This document shows, piece after piece, positions 8,168-18,356 of a stretch of 64,000 nucleotides of DNA. The DNA comes from an uncultured Gemmatimonadaceae bacterium. Its GTDB lineage: Bacteria; Gemmatimonadota; Gemmatimonadetes; Gemmatimonadales; Gemmatimonadaceae. The stretch spans positions 736,001-800,000 of the forward strand of contig CAWFQK010000002.1 of assembly GCA_963817955.1 (NCBI GenBank). The letters are read 5' to 3'. The number at the start of each line of letters is the position of its first letter. The stretch's first letter is position 1. A model generated the notes under the pieces. It was not told where the DNA came from, did no database searches, and saw nothing but the letters and a program-made list of their open reading frames with translations. A program made the position numbers and the translations under genes.

Positions 8168-9139
8168 TCAGATCTCCCAATTGGACAACACGAGCCCATG
8201 GTCCGGCCGCTGCTCTTCGAAGCCGCCGTACGACATGCGCAAATCCGTCCATCGGACATGCCCGCCGAGCGCCACCATGCGCTGGTACACGAATGGGAAT
8301 TCACCTTGCACGCGGACCGCGACTCGCCGCGTCCCGCTGCGCCGCGCGAAGTCGGCCACGGCGCGCAGCAGCGCGTCGAACCGCGACTCAGCGTCGACGA
8401 CCAGCTTCAGGACGCGCAGTTCCTCCCGAATGCGTCCCTCGACCAGCGGCGTCGTATGCGCCAGGGCAAACCCAGCGATGCGATCTCCGTCATAGAGCAA
8501 CACGGTGTCGCCCAGTGAAAGCTCGCTGGTCAGGTTGAGCTCCCGCGTATAGTCGTATCCCGAAAGCAACTGCTGCGCGAGAGCGTGACACTGGGCGATC
8601 GCGTCAGCCCTGGCTTGGGGCGATAAGCGGGAGAGCACCTTCGCGGGCATGTCGTCATACGCCGACTCCACGGTCACGGTGATCGTCAACCGCCCAGGAA
8701 GAAAGCCGAGGCGCGAATAGAAACCGATGTTGTCCATCGTGCGCGGCATCGTTTCCAGACCGATGACCGCTGCGCCATGCGCACGTAGCCACTCGACGCC
8801 GTGCTTCACGATCTCCTTCCCCGTTCCGCTGCCCTGGTACTCCGTGCGCACCGCCAGTGGTCCCATCCAGCCTTCGGTGCCCGAACGGTGCACCATGTTG
8901 AATGCGACAATGTGACCACGCTCATCGCGCCAGAGCATGGCCCCTTCGTCAGCGTCCTCGATGGCGTACCGCCAGATGGCCGGATTCAGGAAGGGAACGC
9001 GGACGCCCACCATGCCGTCGCGGCGATACCGCTCGGTGAATGAATCGCTGAAGACCTGATTCAGCTCGCCGATATTGTCGATCTGCGCGCGGAACGGTCC
9101 ATCCACCGTCTGTTGCCGCCAGGAACGTGAAGTCGCCAT
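8168..9139 (-). CDS. GNAT family N-acetyltransferase
   Basis: LAVRTEYQGSGTGK acetyl-CoA motif and FYSRLGF. Start overlaps the rad50 stop by one base. Confidence 0.8.
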   Translation of the reverse strand: MATSRSWRQQTVDGPFRAQIDNIGELNQVFSDSFTERYRRDGMVGVRVPFLNPAIWRYAIEDADEGAMLWRDERGHIVAFNMVHRSGTEGWMGPLAVRTEYQGSGTGKEIVKHGVEWLRAHGAAVIGLETMPRTMDNIGFYSRLGFLPGRLTITVTVESAYDDMPAKVLSRLSPQARADAIAQCHALAQQLLSGYDYTRELNLTSELSLGDTVLLYDGDRIAGFALAHTTPLVEGRIREELRVLKLVVDAESRFDALLRAVADFARRSGTRRVAVRVQGEFPFVYQRMVALGGHVRWTDLRMSYGGFEEQRPDHGLVLSNWEI

Positions 9140-11583
9140 CAGTCAGCCGCTCCCGCTTGAAGATCCAGCGCCACGCCACGCGCCGCGCTGTCCGTCTCGA
9201 CGCGCGAGACGCCCAACTCCTCGTTGTACTGCATCGATACCACGCGATCCAGACCTTCACGTACCGACTCGATATGCGTGATCAGAATGACCTGCTCGAA
9301 GCGGTCCTGCAGCCGGCGCAACAGATCCACGACGTTGTGCCGCCGCGTCTCGTCGAGCGAGCCGAAGACCTCGTCCAGAATGAGAAGCGAGAACGCCTGC
9401 CCCGCACGTTCCGCAATCATCTCTGAGATTGCAAGGCGGAGCACCAGGTTCGCCAGGTCCTCTTCGCCGCCGGAGATCACCGGCTTGGGAATCGCGTCCT
9501 CCACCATCGTCACATTGTACTGCTCGTCCAGCTCGATGCCACTGTACCGGCCGTCGGTGAGATCGCGGATGTATTGGCTGGCGCGATCGCAGATTTCCGG
9601 GCGCAGCTCCTGATTGAGGTCGGTGCGCAGGTCGCCGAAGGCGCGATCGAGCTCGTCGTGCAGCCGACGGTCGCGATCGAGCACCGCGAGCCGCTCCAAC
9701 CCACGCGCCAGATCCGCGCTCGCCTGGTTGGCGCTCTCGAGCGCCGCCCGGGCCGACGCCAACTCCGCTTCGGAGCTCACGGCCGCGAGTTCGGAGGTGC
9801 GCAGCTCCGCCGCGGCCGCCTCGTACAGGTCGCGCATCTGCCCGAAGCTCTGTTCGGAGAACGTCAGCAGCTGCCGTCGTTCGCCGAGTGCGGTGATACG
9901 CGCCGTCGCCTGCTCCAACGCGGTGCGAACGCGCTCCCGATCAGCAAGCAGCTGCGGCTCGCGCTCGAGTTGCCCGTTGAGACGCGCGCTGAGGTTTGCC
10001 AACGGCACCAATCGCTCGACCAGCGCTCTCACCTCAGCGTGCCTCGTGGCGTCGTATACGACGGAGATGCTCGCGAGCTCGCGTGCCAATGCCGTGTGGC
10101 GCTCCTCCTTCGTCACGATGTCACGAGTGATCGATGCGAGCTCCTGCACCGCCGTCTGTACCCTGACCAGACGGCGCTCCATCTTCGACGCGTTCTCAAA
10201 GGCCAAACGCCGCCGCTCGCCGAGCGCCTTGATCTCTGGCGGCATCTCCTGGAGCTGCTCGATACGGGCGCGATAGTACTTGCCATCCACAGTAATCGTG
10301 TCGATCTGGCTCTCGAACAGCTCGAGCACGGTGCGGAAGTGCGTCCCGAGCGGCCGCGCGCAGATGGGACAGATCCCGTTTTCGCCGAGGTCGATCACGT
10401 GATTGCGATTCTGTTCGGCCTCGCGGAGCTGATCGAGCAGAGCCTGCCGCTTGGTCTCGGCTTCCTGCTTGTCACGAATCCAATCGTTCTGTGCGGTTTC
10501 CAGGTCCCCCTGCACCTGAAACAGCTCGGCGCGCGCCTGCTCGAGGGCCGTCGCGGCGTCTGCCTCCAGCGTCGGGGCACTCTCGATCTTCGCGCGCCGC
10601 TCGCGAATCCGGTCGAGCTCTTCACACAAGGAGGCATCCATCTCGGCCAAGGTGCGGCGCCGCGAGTCCTCGTTGCAGCTCCGCTCGAGCTCTCGCAGCG
10701 CAGCCTGCAGTTGGGGTAGAGGGGCGAGATCCACCGACAGCCTCGCCAGCTCAGTGCGTGCCGCCGCGGTCTCGGTGAGCTCTCGCTCGATCCGGGACAG
10801 ATCGCGGTGAGTGGAGGCTCGCTCCGCCTCCGCGAGGCGGATCTCCGCGAGCAGCTGCTGCATGGCATCACGCGCGCGCTGGATCGTCTCCCATTGCGGA
10901 GTAAGCGCATCGAGTGCCTGGCGAGCGATGCCTCGCCGTGCCGTCATTGCCTCGGCGGCCGCGTGGGCTACCGTCAGACGCGTCGTGGCACCGGCGACCG
11001 CTCGCTTTACCATCTCGGCGTCGGGCATCGCGACCCGTACACCCGACGACTCCGCGATGATCGCCTTCTTTCGATCACGCACAAGCGTTTGCGCCGTCCG
11101 GAGCCGCTCGTAGCCGAGCACGCGCGACAGGAATTGCGCGCGCTCCGCCGGCCCCATCGCGGCCATGATGCTCAGTTCTTTCTGGCCGGTAAAGTACGTG
11201 TTGAAGAATTCCTGCTGCGTCATGCCGAGCCGGCGCCGCAGGAAGTCCGTCACGCCCGTGATGGAATTCGCGACCGGGGCCGAACCGCCGTCGAGATAGA
11301 CTTCGGCGCTCGTCAATCCACGCGCAACGAAATACCGGTGGCCGCCGAGCTCGAAATCGAGCTCCACCTTGACCTGCGCACGAGCCGGCGCGCGGTACGC
11401 GCGAATGGACTCGCGCGTGCCGCGCGCGGCGGACGTGCCATACAGCGCCCAGGCGATTGCTTCGAGGATCGTAGACTTTCCCGCGCCATTCGGCCCGATG
11501 ATGCCCGTAATGCCAACGTCGAACTCGATCCGGGTATCGAGGTGCTGCCGAAAGTTGCAGAGCCGCAAACTGATGAGGCGCAT
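9139..11583 (-). CDS. sbcC: Rad50/SbcC SMC-family ATPase
   Basis: Walker A GPNGAGKS, long coiled coil, zinc hook CPIC, signature ISGGE, Walker B LILDEVFGSLD, ILITH. Confidence 0.92.
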   Translation of the reverse strand: MRLISLRLCNFRQHLDTRIEFDVGITGIIGPNGAGKSTILEAIAWALYGTSAARGTRESIRAYRAPARAQVKVELDFELGGHRYFVARGLTSAEVYLDGGSAPVANSITGVTDFLRRRLGMTQQEFFNTYFTGQKELSIMAAMGPAERAQFLSRVLGYERLRTAQTLVRDRKKAIIAESSGVRVAMPDAEMVKRAVAGATTRLTVAHAAAEAMTARRGIARQALDALTPQWETIQRARDAMQQLLAEIRLAEAERASTHRDLSRIERELTETAAARTELARLSVDLAPLPQLQAALRELERSCNEDSRRRTLAEMDASLCEELDRIRERRAKIESAPTLEADAATALEQARAELFQVQGDLETAQNDWIRDKQEAETKRQALLDQLREAEQNRNHVIDLGENGICPICARPLGTHFRTVLELFESQIDTITVDGKYYRARIEQLQEMPPEIKALGERRRLAFENASKMERRLVRVQTAVQELASITRDIVTKEERHTALARELASISVVYDATRHAEVRALVERLVPLANLSARLNGQLEREPQLLADRERVRTALEQATARITALGERRQLLTFSEQSFGQMRDLYEAAAAELRTSELAAVSSEAELASARAALESANQASADLARGLERLAVLDRDRRLHDELDRAFGDLRTDLNQELRPEICDRASQYIRDLTDGRYSGIELDEQYNVTMVEDAIPKPVISGGEEDLANLVLRLAISEMIAERAGQAFSLLILDEVFGSLDETRRHNVVDLLRRLQDRFEQVILITHIESVREGLDRVVSMQYNEELGVSRVETDSAARGVALDLQAGAAD

Positions 11584-12774
11584 TCAGCTATCGATGGCGG
11601 CGGGGGCGAGCTCGACCGCCTGCGCCTGCTCGATGTAGGCGATGGCGCGTTCGACGAATGCGGCGCGATCGATGTCGGCGTCGAGCGGACGCCCGGCGAG
11701 CTTCTCCCGCACGACGTCCTTCAGATCGAGCAGATACCGCTTGCCCGGTGCACCAGCCACACTGGGCCGCCGCTCCGGCGGACGCAGATCCAGATTGAAA
11801 TTGAGCGCGCGGCGCTTGTAGTCGCGGATGGACTTGTGATCGAGCTCGCGCACGATCGAGCGTGGAATCTCGCGAATCATCACGCGCACGATCTTGTCGT
11901 CAATGCCGCCGTCGCACGATTCGATCGTCGACCGGAGACGGTCGTCCACCTCGCCCGCCGTCAGCCCTCGCGCATTGATGGGAGGAAGATCGACGAGCGC
12001 GCGCGCGGCGGGGATGTGGTGGAATACGTGCTCGCCCGTGTCGAGGTCGCGCTCCACGAACCCTTTACCAGGCAGGCCGGCAACGCGCTCCTCGTACAAT
12101 TCGCCCCACGGATTCGTGCTCGTGTAGTCGATCGAGCCGGCGTAGTATGCGTTCGGCGTGATTTCGCGCTGGACGTGATAGTGCCCGAGCGCGATGTAGT
12201 CCCAGTCGGCCACGTGGAGATCTTCCTGCGAGATCTCGACGGCGGCGCGTTCGCTCGCGGCGATGGCCGCGGGCAGTACTCCCTGCACCTCACCGTGCAG
12301 CACCAACACGTTGTAGCGGGCTTTGGAATCCGGAGTCAGCGCCGGACGTACGAGCCCCAACACGTCGGGCACGGCGAGAATCGACAATTCCCGCTCGGGA
12401 AACGACAGTCGTTGCGCATCACGATCGACGACCGTTATGCCGAGCTGCGCAAAGAGCTGGAGTATGCCACCGGTCTCCGCCGACCGGGGCGTATCATGGT
12501 TTCCGGCGACCAGCACCGTGACAGCATTTGGCAGGGACCTTACCAGACGGGACAGCTGCAGAAATGCATGCAGGATCGCCTGGTTCGTTGGCCGTACTGA
12601 ATGAAAGACGTCGCCGGCAACAACGACGACATCGGGCGCCAGCGAAATCACCCGATCGATGACCGCGCGAAACGTCGCGGCGACGTCCGCCTCCCGCTGG
12701 TTGACCCCGCCGGGAGTGAGCCGCTGATACTGCCGGTAACCGAGATGTAGATCGGAGAGATGGACCAGGCGCAT
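11584..12774 (-). CDS. sbcD: Mre11/SbcD metallophosphoesterase nuclease
   Basis: HLSDLHLG, AGDVFH, AGNHD and ALGHYH motifs. ATG at 12774. Confidence 0.92.
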   Translation of the reverse strand: MRLVHLSDLHLGYRQYQRLTPGGVNQREADVAATFRAVIDRVISLAPDVVVVAGDVFHSVRPTNQAILHAFLQLSRLVRSLPNAVTVLVAGNHDTPRSAETGGILQLFAQLGITVVDRDAQRLSFPERELSILAVPDVLGLVRPALTPDSKARYNVLVLHGEVQGVLPAAIAASERAAVEISQEDLHVADWDYIALGHYHVQREITPNAYYAGSIDYTSTNPWGELYEERVAGLPGKGFVERDLDTGEHVFHHIPAARALVDLPPINARGLTAGEVDDRLRSTIESCDGGIDDKIVRVMIREIPRSIVRELDHKSIRDYKRRALNFNLDLRPPERRPSVAGAPGKRYLLDLKDVVREKLAGRPLDADIDRAAFVERAIAYIEQAQAVELAPAAIDS

Positions 12775-12806
12775 GCGGCGTTGTGGCTTCGCCGTAATGT
12801 AACGCG

Positions 12807-13640
12807 CTATCGCCGCTCGAGGGTGTGCATGTGCTGCGTGATGCGCATCTGCATGTGCATCGACGTCACGCCCGCGCCGGCCGGCGGCGTGACTGTGGAG
12901 GTCACCAGAATACTGAACCACGATTCGGTGAGCCATCCGCGGCGTTGATCGACCAGCATGGTGCCGTTCACGAATCCCTTCTCGAGCACCGCTCCCAACG
13001 CGGCCCCCGGACCGGTGGCCGGTTGCATTTCGCCGCGCATGGACACGAACGCCCAATCCCCGCCGTGCGTGAGCGAGTCGAGCCGGAAAGTGACATGCAG
13101 CCGGGCGGTGATCTGCGCGCCGAGCTGACCGCTCGTTGGCAGGGGCATCTCGCGGATCCAGCTTTCGCCAACCTTGATCCGTGCTTTGGGAAATGCCGCT
13201 GGCATGAGCGAAACCACTTGCGCCACCTCGCTCGGCGCGCCGTCTTCCGCGCCGCTCATGCCGACCATGCCGTCAGGCGCCACACGGAAGCGCACGCGCT
13301 GACCGCGCATCTGCTCGGCTGCGGCCGACGCCGCCGCTCGGGTTCGATCGTCCGTCGTGAACAACAGCACGGAGTCCGTTACCGCCAACAGCGTCGTGCT
13401 CTTCTCGGTTGCCGCCTCCACGATGGCGCGAGAGAACATCTTCATGCTGTTCACCATCATCGCGGCAGCTTCACCGTTCGGGGTGCGCTTCACGCCCGTC
13501 ATTTCGCTCTGCTGATCGAGACGCATGCGCAGCGTATCGCCGACGTGCGGCTTGATCTGCAACATCACGCTCTGGCCCCAGGCGCGTCCAGCGGCAAAGA
13601 CCAGCAAACCGGCGATGCGGCCGAGTCGTGCACGACGCAT
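12807..13640 (-). CDS. hypothetical secreted protein
   Basis: N-terminal signal peptide (MRRARLGRIAGLLVFAAGRAWG); beta-rich pattern. Confidence 0.65.
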   Translation of the reverse strand: MRRARLGRIAGLLVFAAGRAWGQSVMLQIKPHVGDTLRMRLDQQSEMTGVKRTPNGEAAAMMVNSMKMFSRAIVEAATEKSTTLLAVTDSVLLFTTDDRTRAAASAAAEQMRGQRVRFRVAPDGMVGMSGAEDGAPSEVAQVVSLMPAAFPKARIKVGESWIREMPLPTSGQLGAQITARLHVTFRLDSLTHGGDWAFVSMRGEMQPATGPGAALGAVLEKGFVNGTMLVDQRRGWLTESWFSILVTSTVTPPAGAGVTSMHMQMRITQHMHTLERR

Positions 13641-13646
13641 ACGGTA

Positions 13647-15653
13647 TCAGAACCCGTACGGGTCGTCTACCGGAGCCGAGCGAACGGGAGCCACCACGGG
13701 TGGTGTAACGGTCTGCGCCGCAACCATGGGGCGGAGCTGCGACAAGAAGAACTTCCGTACATCGGCCGGGCGCTCGCGCACCGTCGCGTTGCGCGCACGT
13801 ACGATTTCGTCTTCCTCGCGGATCCCGATCGTGGCCTGCACCCAGCCAAGGGTAATGGTCGGATCGAGCGCGCGCAGACTACGCACGACCGCCGCCTCGA
13901 GATCGATGTCTACCGCTTGTGGGTACTGCTCCGCGCCATCGCGCCCGCGCATGATCGCCGGCCGCGGAAAACGCACGAAGATCGGCTGCGTGAAATGTGG
14001 ATGTCGCACCATGAGCTGGCCTTTCCCCAGCGTCGCGAGTTTCGTCTTCACGGCCGGACTCAGCACCGCGTACCCCGGCGTGGCCAACTCGTCGCCGTCC
14101 ATGCGACCGTAGAGCGCCGTGCCCGAGTTCCCAACGACGCGCCGATGGACCTGCGAGCGAAATTGCTGCGCACTGAACAGCACGAGTCCGAGATACCGGC
14201 CCCGCTCGGCAAGGTCGAGCAGCATCTTTCGGACGTAGGTGTCCTGCCCATCGTTCGGCGCATACTTGTTCAGCTCGTCAACGAAGACCACGACGTGATT
14301 CACGCCGAGATCGCGCTTCTCGAGGTGTTCGCGAAGTTTGGTGACGACACGCGCAAAGATCAGATCTTGCGCGGCCTCCTCGAGCGAGGCGACGTCGATG
14401 ACGTACACCGTGCGGTCCTGAAAGCTCCCGAATGGTAGATCGCTCACCGCTCCGTCATCGGTAACCAGCCCGGCACACCGAGTCGAGATGTTCGAGAGGC
14501 GGTTCCGCACCTTTCGGATCGTGGCCACGTGGTGCGTACGCCAGCCTTCGTTGCCTTTGTTCTCCATGGCGGAGAGCACATCGCGGAACCATTCCTCGAG
14601 GTCGGCAAACGAGCGAACGAGGTACCGCTTGTTGCCCAGGAGTTGGTCGCTGAAATCACGATCGACGACACGCTCGCGAATGAAGTCGATGAGCGCGTCG
14701 GCCTTGGCGTCCACGTCATCCTTGTTGAGCAGCACTTCCGCGTACTGCAGCACCTCGCGCAGCCCCCAGGTGAGCGACGACACGTTGTGCAACAGCGCGT
14801 CATTGGAGCGCAAGGTGTTCAACGAGAAGCCGTCGGCCTTGTACGGCGCAAAATATTGAACGTTCTCGAACGGCCCGGCGGGAACACCACATTGCTCGTA
14901 CAGCTCTCGGTCCTCCACACCGATCTCACCTGGTTGATCGAGAAAGCAGAGGTCCGGCCCCTTCACATTGAAGCACACGGCAGCGACGGATCCCTTCTGC
15001 TCTGGAAAGTGGGCGAAGATCGATGACAGGATCCACTCGATGGCACTCGTCTTCGTGGCGAGACCGGAAACACCCGTGATGTTCAGGTGGGCCGCCTCGG
15101 GACCGAGCAGAAAATCCGCGTCGAGGTAGATCGGAGCGTCCGTGCCCCCTGCGCGATACACACCGACCGGAATTCCCGTCCGCGACTCTTCCTTCAGATA
15201 ACTGTCCATTCGCAGCGCAACGGCAACGTCGTCGGTTGTCGCGAGAAACACCTGACCCATTGGCACCGGCTGTAGGGGCTCTTCCGGCAATTGCCGGAGG
15301 ACGGCCGCCGAGTACAGACGGATCTCGGCGCGCTGCGTGGCGGCGAGCGACGCACGGGCCGGCGTGCCGTCGTGGCCCAGGACGTCGTGCAGTGGGGTCT
15401 GAAGATCCGTGTAGCTGAACCCTTCCACCACGATGCCGAAGATCTGCGGGATTTGCCCACTCACGGGCTGCGAGCCCTCTACGCGCACGATCGTCCCGAT
15501 TCCAACCGGCGAATCGAGCGCTGTCCAAAAATGGAATTCGTGCGGCGTATTCGGCTTGCGCTCGGTGGCAACGACACGCCCAAGGGGAGTGGCGACTGGC
15601 GCGTCTTCAGCAATGCCCATTGGCTCTCTCACCTCGGATGTCCGTTCGTCCAT
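13647..15653 (-). CDS. herA: HerA/FtsK-family ATPase (HerA-like)
   Basis: N-terminal HAS-barrel-like region, variant Walker A HLNITGVSGLATKT, Walker B VVFVDELNKYAP, ERGRYLG and SAQQ. Confidence 0.8.
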   Translation of the reverse strand: MDERTSEVREPMGIAEDAPVATPLGRVVATERKPNTPHEFHFWTALDSPVGIGTIVRVEGSQPVSGQIPQIFGIVVEGFSYTDLQTPLHDVLGHDGTPARASLAATQRAEIRLYSAAVLRQLPEEPLQPVPMGQVFLATTDDVAVALRMDSYLKEESRTGIPVGVYRAGGTDAPIYLDADFLLGPEAAHLNITGVSGLATKTSAIEWILSSIFAHFPEQKGSVAAVCFNVKGPDLCFLDQPGEIGVEDRELYEQCGVPAGPFENVQYFAPYKADGFSLNTLRSNDALLHNVSSLTWGLREVLQYAEVLLNKDDVDAKADALIDFIRERVVDRDFSDQLLGNKRYLVRSFADLEEWFRDVLSAMENKGNEGWRTHHVATIRKVRNRLSNISTRCAGLVTDDGAVSDLPFGSFQDRTVYVIDVASLEEAAQDLIFARVVTKLREHLEKRDLGVNHVVVFVDELNKYAPNDGQDTYVRKMLLDLAERGRYLGLVLFSAQQFRSQVHRRVVGNSGTALYGRMDGDELATPGYAVLSPAVKTKLATLGKGQLMVRHPHFTQPIFVRFPRPAIMRGRDGAEQYPQAVDIDLEAAVVRSLRALDPTITLGWVQATIGIREEDEIVRARNATVRERPADVRKFFLSQLRPMVAAQTVTPPVVAPVRSAPVDDPYGF

Positions 15654-15656
15654 CGT

Positions 15657-16679
15657 TCACATCACCGCTCTCAAGAACTCCTCACAATCACGAATTCCAT
15701 AAACCATCTTGTCCCAGCGCGAATCAGGGAGAGCGTTCGGAGCGGATTCGGCGAGAATCCAGCGCGTCACCTCTTCGGCCCGTGCCGCGATATTCCGCTC
15801 GTTCAGCTCAGGCGGACTGGCAACTTCCACGCGCACCAGCCCCCACATCGGATCGTGTCCCGCCGGATCGCGTAGTCGCATGTACCAGCTGGCGACCGGC
15901 GTACGCTTGGGCGACGTAATCTGAAACACGCTCGTCCGCTCGCCCGCGCGCAGCCGAAAGACCACCTGCAATCCCTCCCCCTCGGCATAGAGCGTACGAT
16001 GGCTCTTCACGACACCGACGACACAGCGCTCGGTAGCCACGCGGTCGTTGGCGCTTATGCCACCGTCAATGAACAGCGGCTCTCCCACAGTGCTGCACCA
16101 TTCTTCAGCCAACCGATGCTCGGCGCGCTCCCGGTCCTCCTGCACTTTGTGAATCGCGGCGTCGCGCACGGCAAACGGATGTTCGGCGGCCGCGGCCGAT
16201 GTGGTAGCGGCGCTGGTGTCGACGATCCCGGCGCCGAGCGCGTCGAGCGCCGAGTTCCACTGATCGGATAGCAGCTGGCGTGGCGCATACACCCGCATCG
16301 ACACTTCGTGCCGCCAGGTCGTCATGCGCCGGGCTTTTCGCACACGCACGACGGCTGCGACCTTTCCGACGATGAGCGGCAACCCGTTGGCGTACTGCAG
16401 GACGCGACTTTCCTGGGTGCCATCCAGAAAAGCGCAGAACCCGGTAGTTTCGCCGGCCTCTTGCGGCTCCACAGCCGACGCTCGCAACGCCGATCCCTCG
16501 ATCACTGCGGCGCTGATGAGACGCGCCGGCTCCGTCTGTGTTCTGGCGGCCTCGAGCGAGGGACCGTCCCCAACAGTACCGCTCACGCCCGCGTCGGGCA
16601 GCAGCGTCGCCAACTGACGCTGCAATGCTCGCAGGCTGAGTCCCGGCGTGGATGTGAGTTGGGTGGAAACGACCGACAT
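15657..16679 (-). CDS. nurA: NurA-like nuclease
   Basis: AFLDGTQ, LFIDGG and VVGVVKSH motifs (RNase H-like NurA pattern). Lies immediately upstream of herA. Confidence 0.65.
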   Translation of the reverse strand: MSVVSTQLTSTPGLSLRALQRQLATLLPDAGVSGTVGDGPSLEAARTQTEPARLISAAVIEGSALRASAVEPQEAGETTGFCAFLDGTQESRVLQYANGLPLIVGKVAAVVRVRKARRMTTWRHEVSMRVYAPRQLLSDQWNSALDALGAGIVDTSAATTSAAAAEHPFAVRDAAIHKVQEDRERAEHRLAEEWCSTVGEPLFIDGGISANDRVATERCVVGVVKSHRTLYAEGEGLQVVFRLRAGERTSVFQITSPKRTPVASWYMRLRDPAGHDPMWGLVRVEVASPPELNERNIAARAEEVTRWILAESAPNALPDSRWDKMVYGIRDCEEFLRAVM

Positions 16680-16714
16680 TGCGAAGGATGCTAACGTCGG
16701 CGCCGGCCCAAGCG

Positions 16715-16993
16715 CTATTCCACCCCGATGTCCCACGCCTGCTGCAGGTCTTTCCTGGAGTACGCGCGGAATGCGGTGAGCGTCTGGGTGCGTTGAATGC
16801 CGGGAACGGTGGGGAAAACCTCCGTCACCACATGCGCGATCTGATCGTACTGCGGCACCCGCACGATGGCGACGAGATCCCAATCGCCCGACACGGAGTA
16901 CACCTCAGCCACCCCCTCGACGCCGGCGAGCATGTTCGCGGCGGAGGGAATGAGCGTCGGGTCGACACGAATGAGCACGATGGTTGTGATCAC
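16715..16993 (-). CDS. Lrp/AsnC ligand-binding-domain protein (no HTH)
   Basis: 92 aa; EVYSVSGDWDLVAIVRV and GIQRTQT match the RAM domain. Confidence 0.85.
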   Translation of the reverse strand: MITTIVLIRVDPTLIPSAANMLAGVEGVAEVYSVSGDWDLVAIVRVPQYDQIAHVVTEVFPTVPGIQRTQTLTAFRAYSRKDLQQAWDIGVE

Positions 16994-17084
16994 GACTCAG
17001 TGAGACTAGAGGGAACGTTGAGCAGCCACAGACCTGAAACCTGGCTCATCTCATCTACATGGAGAAGCAGACCGCGGGCAAGCG

Positions 17085-18275
17085 CTAAGATATATGGGCA
17101 GCAATGATCCGCCGCACCCCCTCATTCACTTGTTCCTCGGGGGCGGCGTAGGACACGCGAATCCACTCCGGCGACCGGAAGGCGACCCCAGGCACGACGG
17201 CGACTGCGTGGTCGTCGAGGAGTCGCCGAGCGAAAGTCGTTCCGGGCTCGGCGTTCTCCGCCGTTACATCGCCAACACGGATGTACAAGTAGAACGCGCC
17301 CTGCGGTTGGATGACTTCCATCCCCGCCTGCCGGAGACAGGCGAGCGCGGAATCACGCCGCTGCTTGAATTCGGTCACCATCCGCTGCGTCGAGACGCTC
17401 GCCTCGGTTTCTGAGGAAAGCGCGGCCAACACTGCGTGTTGCGACAATGTTGCTGCATTGGACGTCGTGTGCGACTGTAACGCCGTCATGGCGCGAGACA
17501 GCCATACGGGCGCAATAGACCAACCGATTCGCCATCCCGTCATGGCGAACGATTTGGCTACTCCGTCCACCACCACCAACCGGTCCAGGTTCAGCGCAAT
17601 CGACAGCAGCGAGGGCGCTTCGCCATCGTACGAGATGGCCCGGTAGATCTCGTCGCTCACGATCCACCAGCCACGCTCTTCCGCGCAGGCGACGATGTCC
17701 CGCAACTCATCGCTCGAATACACGGCGCCCGTCGGATTGCACGGGGAGTTCAGCATGATCCCGCGCGTTCTCGGTGTGGCCGCCTTCACCAGATCTGTTG
17801 GCGAAACCTTCAATTGGCGCGCGCGCGAGCCGCGCACGATCACCGGAACCGCGCGGGCGAGGGCGATCATCTCGTAGTAGCTCGTCCATGCGGGCGTCGG
17901 CACGAGCACCTCGTCGCCCCCCGCGAACAGCGAGAAGCAGGCGTTGAACAGTGCCTGCTTGGTGCCGGCGGTCACGACCACCTGATCCGCCACGATCGGT
18001 GGCCCTGAGTGGAGGGCCGTGGCGCGTTCGGCGATACGCTGACGCAGCGGAAGAATGCCTTCCACCTGCGTGTAGCGCGTCGCCCCGGCATCCAGGGCGC
18101 GCTGAGCTGCCTCCATGACGAAAGGAGGCGTCGGAAAATCCGGTTCGCCGGCGCCAAGGTCGATCACGGAACGACCGGACGCGCGCATCGCCTTGGCCCG
18201 AGCGGACACGGCGATCGTCGCCGATTCGCGCAGGTCGGCGACGTTCGCGGAGAGTTTGTCTTGTTTGGTAGCCAT
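17085..18275 (-). CDS. aspC: PLP-dependent aspartate aminotransferase (class I)
   Basis: GAGEPDF, NSPCNPTG, SDEIY and AKSFAMTGWRIG motifs. Confidence 0.88.
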   Translation of the reverse strand: MATKQDKLSANVADLRESATIAVSARAKAMRASGRSVIDLGAGEPDFPTPPFVMEAAQRALDAGATRYTQVEGILPLRQRIAERATALHSGPPIVADQVVVTAGTKQALFNACFSLFAGGDEVLVPTPAWTSYYEMIALARAVPVIVRGSRARQLKVSPTDLVKAATPRTRGIMLNSPCNPTGAVYSSDELRDIVACAEERGWWIVSDEIYRAISYDGEAPSLLSIALNLDRLVVVDGVAKSFAMTGWRIGWSIAPVWLSRAMTALQSHTTSNAATLSQHAVLAALSSETEASVSTQRMVTEFKQRRDSALACLRQAGMEVIQPQGAFYLYIRVGDVTAENAEPGTTFARRLLDDHAVAVVPGVAFRSPEWIRVSYAAPEEQVNEGVRRIIAAHIS

Positions 18276-18356
18276 TATTGGGACCGGGAACGGCAGCGGA
18301 CTATACTTCACGGCGGTCTCGCCAATCATAACGAGAGGCTATGGGGCCACGCCACA

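Noticed and set aside
13647..16679. HerA-based anti-phage system
   Set aside because: The partner is NurA-like with linked mre11/rad50 in a housekeeping context, with no Sir2 or other defence genes nearby; repair is more parsimonious.
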